Below the pieces are notes generated by a model. The model searched no databases. It had not been told where the DNA came from and worked only from the letters and a program-made list of their open reading frames with translations. Positions 1-7,836 of a stretch of 32,000 nucleotides of DNA are shown here, in pieces (the first letter of the stretch is position 1; every line of letters starts with the position of its first letter). The DNA comes from Moraxella nasicaprae (lineage in GTDB: Bacteria; Pseudomonadota; Gammaproteobacteria; Pseudomonadales; Moraxellaceae). Made by a program: the position numbers and the translations under genes. The stretch is from positions 690,001-722,000 of the forward strand of contig NZ_CP089977.1 of the NCBI RefSeq assembly GCF_025643275.1, read 5' to 3'.

Positions 1-150
1 CGTGATTCTGCCATTGTCGCTACGGCTTGAAAAGCCCACAGCAACCGCAGCTTGGTCTCGATAAGAACCTAAGCCAAATGCCAGCATTGATTTGCCAACC
101 GTGCTTACCTGTGGCAAGGCGGCAGTAGCACGAGAACCTGCCAAACCTGC
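1..150 (-). other. YadA-type C-terminal membrane anchor (partial)
   Basis: AGLAGSRATAALPQVSTVGKSMLAFGLGSYRDQAAVAVGFSSRSDNGRIT matches the ALPQ...GKSM..G.G.Y.GQ.A.A.G.S..SDNG anchor consensus. It is preceded by a neck (APGVISANSTDAVNGSQLF, nt 190-270) and a short coiled coil. Confidence 0.8.
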
Positions 151-3100
151 TTCTAGGTTTTGCTCCACACCATCAATGTGCTGACGCAAATTGTTGATGT
201 ATTGGTTGGTTGCAAATAACTGCGACCCATTGACAGCATCGGTTGAATTGGCAGAAATCACACCTGGTGCAACATTGCTCACCACATTATGACCCATATT
301 GACCGTACCTTGTGCATTGACCGTTAGGCTATTTGTCGTGATTGCATTGGCTGTTACCGTGTCGGCTGTCAGCGTGTCTGCAACTTTAACATTGTTAAAC
401 GATACATCATCGGTCGTGGTGATGCTTAATTTACCAGCATTTTGGGTGATGGCGATGTTATCACCTGCATTGATGGTAACCGTATTACCTGGATTAACCA
501 GCTCTTTGCTTGAACCTGATACCTTGCCTGTGCCAGATGCACTGGTGGTTAGGGTAAATCCTGAGTTGTTAATCGCTTTGGCAACATCATCAGCAGTCAC
601 CAATGCAGCAGTCGCCACCGCCAAGTCTTGTTGGGCGTTAGTCACAGCGGTTTGGGCTGCTTGACGCTCCGCTGGTGTGGCGGTTGTTGGCAATTTCGCC
701 AATGCAGTTTGGGCATTGGTTAATGCAGTTTGGGCATTAGTCACAGGACTGATGGCAGAACCTGCTTTTTCTTGACCTGCTGGAACACCCTCAATGCTGG
801 CTGTATGTGCGTCAATCTTGACGGTGCTATTTTTACCATCGCCATTTGTAACGGTAGCGATTGTGCCTTTGCCATCAATAAAGTTGATGTTGTCGCCAGC
901 TTGTACCACATCTTTGGTTTCGCCATTGTTTTGCAGATTCCAATCGCCAGCTGCTTGACCTACCTCGCCATCTTTACCATCTCTACCATCTTTGACTACG
1001 GTAGTGGTGGTGCCATTGACATCGGTAACGGTGATGGTATGGGTGCCATCTTGATTGTTGGTTACTGTGGCGATGGCATTTTGACCGTCTTTACCGTCTT
1101 TACCATCAGCACCTTTTTCACCTTGGTCACCTTTGTCACCTTTTAGGCCTTGGATACCTTGTTCGCCTTGGTCACCTTTGTCACCTTTAGCACCGTCTTT
1201 ACCGTTCTTGATGTCAAAGGTTTTTTCGCCAGTAGCATCAGTGATGGTGACGGTTGAGCCTGTGTCGTTGGTGTCAACGGTTACAGTTGGGCTAAAGCCG
1301 TCAGCACCTTTTTCACCTTGGATACCTTGTTCGCCTTGGATACCTTGTTCACCTTTTAGGCCTTGGATACCTTGTTCACCTTGGTCACCTTTGTCACCTT
1401 TTAGGCCTTGGATACCTTGTTCGCCTTGGTCACCTTTGTCACCTTTAGCACCGTCTTTACCGTTCTTGATGTCAAAGGTTTTTTCGCCAGTAGCATCAGT
1501 GATGGTGACGGTTGAGCCTGTGTCGTTGGTGTCAACGGTTACAGTTGGGCTAAAGCCGTCAGCACCTTTTTCACCTTGGATACCTTGTTCGCCTTGGTCA
1601 CCTTTGTCACCTTTTAGGCCTTGGATACCTTGTTCACCTTGGTCACCTTTGTCACCTTTTAGGCCTTGGATACCTTGTTCGCCTTGGTCACCTTTGTCAC
1701 CTTTAGCACCGTCTTTACCGTTCTTGATGTCAAAGGTTTTTTCGCCAGTAGCATCAGTGATGGTGACGGTTGAGCCTGTGTCGTTGGTGTCAACGGTTAC
1801 AGTTGGGCTAAAGCCGTCAGCACCTTTTTCACCTTGGATACCTTGTTCGCCTTGGTCACCTTTGTCACCTTTTAGGCCTTGGATACCTTGTTCGCCTTGG
1901 TCACCTTTGTCACCTTTAGCACCGTCTTTACCGTTCTTGATGTCAAAGGTTTTTTCGCCAGTAGCATCAGTGATGGTGACGGTTGAGCCTGTGTCGTTGG
2001 TGTCAACGGTTACAGTTGGGCTAAAGCCGTCAGCACCTTTTTCACCTTGGTCACCTTTGTCACCTTTTAGGCCTTGGATACCTTGTTCACCTTGGTCACC
2101 TTTGTCACCTTTTAGGCCTTGGATACCTTGTTCGCCTTGGTCACCTTTGTCACCTTTAGCACCGTCTTTACCGTTCTTGATGTCAAAGGTTTTTTCGCCA
2201 GTAGCATCAGTGATGGTGACGGTTGAGCCTGTGTCGTTGGTGTCAACGGTTACAGTTGGGCTAAAGCCGTCAGCACCTTTTTCACCTTGGATACCTTGTT
2301 CGCCTTGGTCACCTTTGTCACCTTTTAGGCCTTGGATACCTTGTTCGCCTTGGTCACCTTTGTCACCTTTAGCACCGTCTTTACCGTTCTTGATGTCAAA
2401 GGTTTTTTCGCCAGTAGCATCAGTGATGGTGACGGTTGAGCCTGTGTCGTTGGTGTCAACGGTTACAGTTGGGCTAAAGCCGTCAGCACCTTTTTCACCT
2501 TGGTCACCTTTGTCACCTTTTAGGCCTTGGATACCTTTTTCACCTTGGTCACCTTTGTCACCTTTTAGGCCTTGGATACCTTGTTCACCTTTGTCACCTT
2601 TTAGGCCTTGGATACCTTGTTCGCCTTGGTCACCTTTGTCACCTTTAGCACCGTCTTTACCGTTCTTGATGTCAAAGGTTTTTTCGCCAGTAGCATCAGT
2701 GATGGTGACGGTTGAGCCTGTGTCGTTGGTGTCAACGGTTACAGTTGGGCTAAAGCCGTCAGCACCTTTTTCACCTTGGATACCTTGTTCGCCTTGGTCA
2801 CCTTTGTCACCTTTTAGGCCTTGGATACCTTGTTCACCTTGGTCACCTTTGTCACCTTTTAGGCCTTGGATACCTTGTTCGCCTTGGTCACCTTTGTCAC
2901 CTTTAGCACCGTCTTTACCGTTCTTGATGTCAAAGGTTTTTTCGCCAGTAGCATCAGTGATGGTGACGGTTGAGCCTGTGTCGTTGGTGTCAACGGTTAC
3001 AGTTGGGCTAAAGCCGTCAGCACCTTTTTCACCTTGGTCACCTTTGTCACCTTTTAGGCCTTGGATACCTTGTTCGCCTTGGTCACCTTTGTCACCTTTA

Positions 3101-6100
3101 GCACCGTCTTTACCGTTCTTGATGTCAAAGGTTTTTTCGCCAGTAGCATCAGTGATGGTGACGGTTGAGCCTGTGTCGTTGGTGTCAACGGTTACAGTTG
3201 GGCTAAAGCCGTCAGCACCTTTTTCACCTTGGATACCTTGTTCACCTTTTAGGCCTTGGATACCTTGTTCGCCTTGGTCACCTTTGTCACCTTTTAGGCC
3301 TTGGATACCTTGTTCGCCTTGGTCACCTTTGTCACCTTTAGCACCGTCTTTACCGTTCTTGATGTCAAAGGTTTTTTCGCCAGTAGCATCAGTGATGGTG
3401 ACGGTTGAGCCTGTGTCGTTGGTGTCAACGGTTACAGTTGGGCTAAAGCCGTCAGCACCTTTTTCACCTTGGATACCTTGTTCGCCTTGGTCACCTTTGT
3501 CACCTTTTAGGCCTTGGATACCTTGTTCGCCTTGGTCACCTTTGTCACCTTTAGCACCGTCTTTACCGTTCTTGATGTCAAAGGTTTTTTCGCCAGTAGC
3601 ATCAGTGATGGTGACGGTTGAGCCTGTGTCGTTGGTGTCAACGGTTACAGTTGGGCTAAAGCCGTCAGCACCTTTTTCACCTTGGATACCTTGTTCACCT
3701 TTTAGGCCTTGGATACCTTGTTCACCTTGGTCACCTTTGTCACCTTTTAGGCCTTGGATACCTTGTTCGCCTTGGTCACCTTTGTCACCTTTAGCACCGT
3801 CTTTACCGTTCTTGATGTCAAAGGTTTTTTCGCCAGTAGCATCAGTGATGGTGACGGTTGAGCCTGTGTCGTTGGTGTCAACGGTTACAGTTGGGCTAAA
3901 GCCGTCAGCACCTTTTTCACCTTGGATACCTTGTTCGCCTTGGTCACCTTTGTCACCTTTTAGGCCTTGGATACCTTGTTCGCCTTGGTCACCTTTGTCA
4001 CCTTTAGCACCGTCTTTACCGTTCTTGATGTCAAAGGTTTTTTCGCCAGTAGCATCAGTGATGGTGACGGTTGAGCCTGTGTCGTTGGTGTCAACGGTTA
4101 CAGTTGGGCTAAAGCCGTCAGCACCTTTTTCACCTTGGTCACCTTTGTCACCTTTTAGGCCTTGGATACCTTGTTCACCTTGGTCACCTTTGTCACCTTT
4201 TAGGCCTTGGATACCTTGTTCGCCTTGGTCACCTTTGTCACCTTTAGCACCGTCTTTACCGTTCTTGATGTCAAAGGTTTTTTCGCCAGTAGCATCAGTG
4301 ATGGTGACGGTTGAGCCTGTGTCGTTGGTGTCAACGGTTACAGTTGGGCTAAAGCCGTCAGCACCTTTTTCACCTTGGATACCTTGTTCGCCTTGGTCAC
4401 CTTTGTCACCTTTTAGGCCTTGGATACCTTGTTCGCCTTGGTCACCTTTGTCACCTTTAGCACCGTCTTTACCGTTCTTGATGTCAAAGGTTTTTTCGCC
4501 AGTAGCATCAGTGATGGTGACGGTTGAGCCTGTGTCGTTGGTGTCAACGGTTACAGTTGGGCTAAAGCCGTCAGCACCTTTTTCACCTTGGTCACCTTTG
4601 TCACCTTTTAGGCCTTGGATACCTTTTTCACCTTGGTCACCTTTGTCACCTTTTAGGCCTTGGATACCTTGTTCACCTTTGTCACCTTTTAGGCCTTGGA
4701 TACCTTGTTCGCCTTGGTCACCTTTGTCACCTTTAGCACCGTCTTTACCGTTCTTGATGTCAAAGGTTTTTTCGCCAGTAGCATCAGTGATGGTGACGGT
4801 TGAGCCTGTGTCGTTGGTGTCAACGGTTACAGTTGGGCTAAAGCCGTCAGCACCTTTTTCACCTTGGATACCTTGTTCACCTTTTAGGCCTTGGATACCT
4901 TGTTCGCCTTGGTCACCTTTGTCACCTTTTAGGCCTTGGATACCTTGTTCGCCTTGGTCACCTTTGTCACCTTTAGCACCGTCTTTACCGTTCTTGATGT
5001 CAAAGGTTTTTTCGCCAGTAGCATCAGTGATGGTGACGGTTGAGCCTGTGTCGTTGGTGTCAACGGTTACAGTTGGGCTAAAGCCGTCTTTACCATTTTT
5101 GATGTTTAGTTCCTTTTGACTACCATCTGGCTGAGTGATAGTAATAATGTACCCATCATCAGTTTCTTTGGTTTCAAACAATGTACCTTTGATGGTAATT
5201 TCACGCACATTATCTTTGGTTTCGCCATTTACAATGATGCCTTGCTCACCGATGAATTTGACTTCATTGGCATTTTTGACCACATCGTTGTAACGGTTAC
5301 CAGAAGCAGAAACAACCCAACCCATATTACGCAAGTCACCCACAGTGGCAACAGTACTGTCCACAACACTAGTGTTAGCTAAGTTAAGTAGTGGTGCAGT
5401 GCCTCCTGTTATACTGATTGGATTGATTGATACATGATTGATGCCAAGTCCGCTTTGTACATTACTAATACTAATCGGATTGCCGATGGTATTTGGTTTG
5501 GCATTTGGATTGATAGCATTGACAACAATGTTGTCTTTTTCAATTTTCTGATCGGTTGGGTTGCCATTTTCGTCTAACACATAGTATTCATCACCCACTT
5601 TGGCAACTGGCTTACCATCTTTGGTGGTGTAAGAGACTGGCAGACCAATCACATTGACCTTGATATCACTTGAATTTTTGTCAGAATTAGTGGCGATGGT
5701 AACTTTGGTATTAGCACCATCAACAAAATTAACTTTATCACCAAACTTCACATCATCTTTATCAGTGGCATTTTCTTGTAGTTTCCAGCTGCCATTTTGA
5801 AGCACAGAATAAATCTGCGAGCCATTGATGGCGTCAGTAGAGCGAGCAGAAATCTCACCTGCGGCCACATTAATCAGGCGGCGTTCGCCATCTAAGCCAT
5901 CACCATAGACATGGTCGGCTTTATCACGACCGATTGATACCACGCCCGCTGCCCTTTCGCCAGCAAATCCGCCATAGGTAATATCACCAATCGTTGCTTG
6001 GTTAATCTTGTCTTTGATTTGACCATCAGCATCATAACTGTCATTGTTGATGGTTGCCGAGTATTCAGACGCACGAGAACCCAAAATCACATTGTCCGAC

Positions 6101-7704
6101 TTAGTCAGCGTATCAATTTCACGACCCAATACCACTGTACGGTCAGCCGTGTTACTGATTTGAACTGCATCGCCAATTGCCACTGAGCCACTACCTGCGT
6201 TGATGGTATTACGACCAATAGAGATTGCGGTAACATCGGTCGCCTGTGAATTTGTACCAATAGCAATGGCGTCATTCGCCAACGCTTTGGCAGTATGACC
6301 GATGGCGGTTGAGCGGTAGCCTGCATTTGCCAAATCGCCTGCTTGGGCTTGATAGCCCATTGCTACGCCAAACTGGGTATTTGCTTTACTTTCTGTACCG
6401 ATGGCAACTGTATTGGCAGCGTTAGTGGTCGCACCTGTACCTACCGCAAAGCTGTTTGTGCCTGTTGAATTGGCTCTTGTACCAATGGCATAACCGCTTG
6501 TACCATTTGCGATTGCAGTCGTACCGATGGCAGTGCTGTCCACGCCTTTGGCATTGGCTTTATTGCCCAATGCCAATGAGCGGGCAAGCTCGGTACTTGC
6601 ATTATGACCAATGGCGATTGCACTAGCACCCTGTGAGTTTGCATCAAGACCCACCGCCAAAGAACGGTTGCCAATTGCATTAGCACGATTACCGATGGCA
6701 ATTTCAGCATATCCGCCCTGTTTGCCTGCGGTTGCAGATTCGCCCAATGCCACTGCATTTTGACTCAAAGCTTTGGCTTTATAAGCAATGGCAGTACTGC
6801 CATAGCCTTGGGCTTTGGCAGTAGTACCGATGGCAGCGGCATACTGGTTGGTGGTCTCAGCTTGGTCGCCAATCGCCATTGCTGAACCTTGACCTGCCAC
6901 TTTGGTTTTTGCTCTATGACCCAAAGCAATGGAGTTTTTACCCCTGACGGTTGCTTCATCGCCTAATGCAATTCCTGATGCTGCATTGTAATTATCGGCT
7001 GACACATCCGCCTTAAAACCAATAGCAACTGATTTTTGACCATTTACAATAGCATTTGTACCCATTGCAATACTGTTAGAAGACTGCTGTGCATTGGCGA
7101 CACCTGTTTTGGTGACAGCATTATAACCCACTGCAATGGCATTCTCGCCCAATGCTCGGGCATGGACGCCCGCCGCCAAAGCTTTTGCACCTGATGCACC
7201 ACCTGTGCTATCAACAGTATCTTTGTTGGTTGCGATAGGTGTTGCTGTTTTGTTTGTATCATTAACGTGGAAGTAGTTTCGTTTTGCTGTTGTTGCATCT
7301 ATCGTGGGAAGATGAGCATTTACAACCGGCAAGCCGGTATTCACATCAACAAGCTGCTTTGCATCCAGATTATAGGCATAGCGATCGTCATTTATAGTTC
7401 TAAGGGCATTTAGGTACAGGTCCCCAAAATTTCTAGGATCTGAAGGAATGTATTGAAGATTATTTGTAATCCAGTTATGCGCCACTTCAATTCTCTGTGT
7501 CGTCGATAGCGAAGAGATAGGAACTAAATTTGGTTGTGCACCAGGAAAGAACTGAGCCTGTGCCACAGAGGCAGTTAATACCACTGCGGTGGCAATGGTG
7601 GCTACCTTGATGGATTTGGTCTTGCCTTTGGCTTTGGCGTACTCGGCAACTGCTGTCCATGTTTGTGTAGCATGATTAAATACAACACGATAAAACTTGT
7701 TCAT
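1..7704 (-). CDS. Giant trimeric autotransporter adhesin (type Vc, YadA/Hia/Hag-like). The C-terminal end of the beta-barrel anchor runs off the left window edge; 2568 codons are open in the window.
   Basis: The minus-strand frame (codons on 3k+1..3k+3) starts at ATG 7702-7704, with AAGGTAGGA 5 nt upstream. Hand translation of 5041-7704 and 1-1140 found no stop, and all repeat units are in frame. The ORF track omits it because it has no in-window stop. N-terminus MNKFYRVVFNHATQTWTAVAEYAKAKGKTKSIKVATIATAVVLTASVAQA is an ESPR-type signal. Other motifs: many xSIAIG/xAIAIGxxAxA head repeats; neck RLINVAAGEISARSTDAINGSQIY; TVGDLRNMGWVVSA Trp-ring; C-terminal ALPQVSTVGKSMLAFGLGSYRDQAAVAVGFSSRSDNGRIT anchor motif. 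Confidence 0.9.
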   Translation of the reverse strand, partial: MNKFYRVVFNHATQTWTAVAEYAKAKGKTKSIKVATIATAVVLTASVAQAQFFPGAQPNLVPISSLSTTQRIEVAHNWITNNLQYIPSDPRNFGDLYLNALRTINDDRYAYNLDAKQLVDVNTGLPVVNAHLPTIDATTAKRNYFHVNDTNKTATPIATNKDTVDSTGGASGAKALAAGVHARALGENAIAVGYNAVTKTGVANAQQSSNSIAMGTNAIVNGQKSVAIGFKADVSADNYNAASGIALGDEATVRGKNSIALGHRAKTKVAGQGSAMAIGDQAETTNQYAAAIGTTAKAQGYGSTAIAYKAKALSQNAVALGESATAGKQGGYAEIAIGNRANAIGNRSLAVGLDANSQGASAIAIGHNASTELARSLALGNKANAKGVDSTAIGTTAIANGTSGYAIGTRANSTGTNSFAVGTGATTNAANTVAIGTESKANTQFGVAMGYQAQAGDLANAGYRSTAIGHTAKALANDAIAIGTNSQATDVTAISIGRNTINAGSGSVAIGDAVQISNTADRTVVLGREIDTLTKSDNVILGSRASEYSATINNDSYDADGQIKDKINQATIGDITYGGFAGERAAGVVSIGRDKADHVYGDGLDGERRLINVAAGEISARSTDAINGSQIYSVLQNGSWKLQENATDKDDVKFGDKVNFVDGANTKVTIATNSDKNSSDIKVNVIGLPVSYTTKDGKPVAKVGDEYYVLDENGNPTDQKIEKDNIVVNAINPNAKPNTIGNPISISNVQSGLGINHVSINPISITGGTAPLLNLANTSVVDSTVATVGDLRNMGWVVSASGNRYNDVVKNANEVKFIGEQGIIVNGETKDNVREITIKGTLFETKETDDGYIITITQPDGSQKELNIKNGKDGFSPTVTVDTNDTGSTVTITDATGEKTFDIKNGKDGAKGDKGDQGEQGIQGLKGDKGDQGEQGIQGLKGEQGIQGEKGADGFSPTVTVDTNDTGSTVTITDATGEKTFDIKNGKDGAKGDKGDQGEQGIQGLKGDKGEQGIQGLKGDKGDQGEKGIQGLKGDKGDQGEKGADGFSPTVTVDTNDTGSTVTITDATGEKTFDIKNGKDGAKGDKGDQGEQGIQGLKGDKGDQGEQGIQGEKGADGFSPTVTVDTNDTGSTVTITDATGEKTFDIKNGKDGAKGDKGDQGEQGIQGLKGDKGDQGEQGIQGLKGDKGDQGEKGADGFSPTVTVDTNDTGSTVTITDATGEKTFDIKNGKDGAKGDKGDQGEQGIQGLKGDKGDQGEQGIQGEKGADGFSPTVTVDTNDTGSTVTITDATGEKTFDIKNGKDGAKGDKGDQGEQGIQGLKGDKGDQGEQGIQGLKGEQGIQGEKGADGFSPTVTVDTNDTGSTVTITDATGEKTFDIKNGKDGAKGDKGDQGEQGIQGLKGDKGDQGEQGIQGEKGADGFSPTVTVDTNDTGSTVTITDATGEKTFDIKNGKDGAKGDKGDQGEQGIQGLKGDKGDQGEQGIQGLKGEQGIQGEKGADGFSPTVTVDTNDTGSTVTITDATGEKTFDIKNGKDGAKGDKGDQGEQGIQGLKGDKGDQGEKGADGFSPTVTVDTNDTGSTVTITDATGEKTFDIKNGKDGAKGDKGDQGEQGIQGLKGDKGDQGEQGIQGLKGDKGDQGEQGIQGEKGADGFSPTVTVDTNDTGSTVTITDATGEKTFDIKNGKDGAKGDKGDQGEQGIQGLKGDKGEQGIQGLKGDKGDQGEKGIQGLKGDKGDQGEKGADGFSPTVTVDTNDTGSTVTITDATGEKTFDIKNGKDGAKGDKGDQGEQGIQGLKGDKGDQGEQGIQGEKGADGFSPTVTVDTNDTGSTVTITDATGEKTFDIKNGKDGAKGDKGDQGEQGIQGLKGDKGDQGEQGIQGLKGDKGDQGEKGADGFSPTVTVDTNDTGSTVTITDATGEKTFDIKNGKDGAKGDKGDQGEQGIQGLKGDKGDQGEQGIQGEKGADGFSPTVTVDTNDTGSTVTITDATGEKTFDIKNGKDGAKGDKGDQGEQGIQGLKGDKGDQGEQGIQGLKGDKGDQGEQGIQGEKGADGFSPTVTVDTNDTGSTVTITDATGEKTFDIKNGKDGAKGDKGDQGEQGIQGLKGDKGDQGEQGIQGLKGEQGIQGEQGIQGEKGADGFSPTVTVDTNDTGSTVTITDATGEKTFDIKNGKDGAKGDKGDQGEQGIQGLKGDKGDQGEKGADGKDGKDGQNAIATVTNNQDGTHTITVTDVNGTTTTVVKDGRDGKDGEVGQAAGDWNLQNNGETKDVVQAGDNINFIDGKGTIATVTNGDGKNSTVKIDAHTASIEGVPAGQEKAGSAISPVTNAQTALTNAQTALAKLPTTATPAERQAAQTAVTNAQQDLAVATAALVTADDVAKAINNSGFTLTTSASGTGKVSGSSKELVNPGNTVTINAGDNIAITQNAGKLSITTTDDVSFNNVKVADTLTADTVTANAITTNSLTVNAQGTVNMGHNVVSNVAPGVISANSTDAVNGSQLFATNQYINNLRQHIDGVEQNLEAGLAGSRATAALPQVSTVGKSMLAFGLGSYRDQAAVAVGFSSRSDNGRIT
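1084..5094 (-). repeat. In-frame tandem array: 17 copies of a 96-bp beta-module alternating with collagen-like (Gly-X-Y)n runs. Unit lengths are 195-276 bp.
   Basis: The marker agcaccgtcttt recurs at 1189, 1447, 1705, 1918, 2158, 2371, 2647, 2905, 3100, 3340, 3553, 3793, 4006, 4246, 4459, 4735 and 4975. Spacings are 258, 258, 213, 240, 213, 276, 258, 195, 240, 213, 240, 213, 240, 213, 276 and 240, all divisible by 3 and differing by multiples of 9. Minus-strand translation: ...DIKN GKD GAK GDK GDQ GEQ GIQ GLK ... GEK GAD G-FSPTVTVDTNDTGSTVTITDATGEKTFDIKN... Confidence 0.95.
5185..5890 (-). other. Neck plus GWxL-type beta domain plus Trp-ring/GIN connector domains
   Basis: GERRLINVAAGEISARSTDAINGSQIYSV (neck); NGSWKLQENATDKDDVKFGDKVNFVDGANTKVTI; ATVGDLRNMGWVVSASGNRYNDVVKNANEVKFIGEQGIIVNGETKDNVREITIKG, which closely resembles the Hia Trp-ring/GIN motif as I recall it. 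Confidence 0.65.
6121..7200 (-). other. YadA-like head (left-handed beta-roll) repeats of the adhesin
   Basis: The translation shows about 20 degenerate 14-15-aa repeats, e.g. NAIAVGYNAV, NSIAMGTNAI, KSVAIGFKA, NSIALGHRA, SAMAIGDQA, STAIAYKA, NAVALGESA, AEIAIGNRA, RSLAVGLDA, SAIAIGHNA, NSFAVGTGA, NTVAIGTES, DAIAIGTNS, GSVAIGDAV. Confidence 0.75.
7555..7704 (-). other. Extended signal peptide region (ESPR) of the autotransporter, with predicted cleavage after AQA (about residue 50)
   Basis: MNKFYRVVFNHATQTWTAVAEYAKAKGKTKSIKVATIATAVVLTASVAQA|QFF. The MNKxYRxxxNxxxxxWxAVxExAK pattern is typical of type V extended signal peptides. Confidence 0.8.
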
Positions 7705-7801
7705 AAATTCCTACCTTGGTTAATGAAACAATCAATCAAAAAGTGCACATAAATAATACAAATATACTATGTGATGTCATAAATATGACCCATATTTCCC
7801 C

Positions 7802-7836
7802 ATTATAACTATCTTTTGCTAAAAAATAAATAAACT
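7802..7836 (-). promoter_or_regulatory. Putative sigma70 promoter of the adhesin gene: -10 TATAAT (7802-7807) and a weak -35 TTTATT 17 nt upstream
   Basis: The reverse complement reads TTTATT-17nt-TATAAT, embedded in extremely AT-rich DNA about 95 nt upstream of the ATG. Many alternative AT-rich hexamers exist nearby. Confidence 0.25.

Noticed and set aside
299-1146. Plus-strand ORFs 299-664 and 730-1146, and minus-strand ORF 741-926.
   Set aside because: They are out-of-frame or antisense shadows within the C-terminal stalk and anchor region of the adhesin, with low-complexity Val/Ala/Thr-rich translations and no motifs.
1084-5094. The regularly spaced near-identical repeats superficially suggest a CRISPR array or satellite DNA.
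   Set aside because: There are no unique spacers; both parts of the unit are repeated. All unit lengths are multiples of 3, and the array sits in frame inside a long coding sequence. No cas genes or leader are present.
1133-5119. The 1328-aa plus-strand ORF (MSPFRPWIPCSPWSPLSPL...) could be read as a giant Pro/Trp/Cys-rich repeat protein.
   Set aside because: It begins at a TTG inside the repeat and has no ribosome-binding site, signal or flanking domains. It stays open only because the reverse complements of GGT/GGC-GAN-AAA/CAA codons contain no stops. The opposite strand is in phase with an ESPR signal peptide, a YadA-like head and a YadA anchor, and shows Gly at every third residue. This is a shadow ORF.
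5116-7298. A series of 60-105-aa ORFs (5116-5382 +, 5892-6074 -, 5998-6186 +, 6105-6326 -, 6441-6758 -, 6765-6959 -, 7044-7298 -).
   Set aside because: The minus-strand ones all share the same wrong frame relative to the continuous adhesin ORF, and the plus-strand ones are antisense to it. Their translations are Gln/Pro/Trp/Met-rich noise from the head-repeat region.
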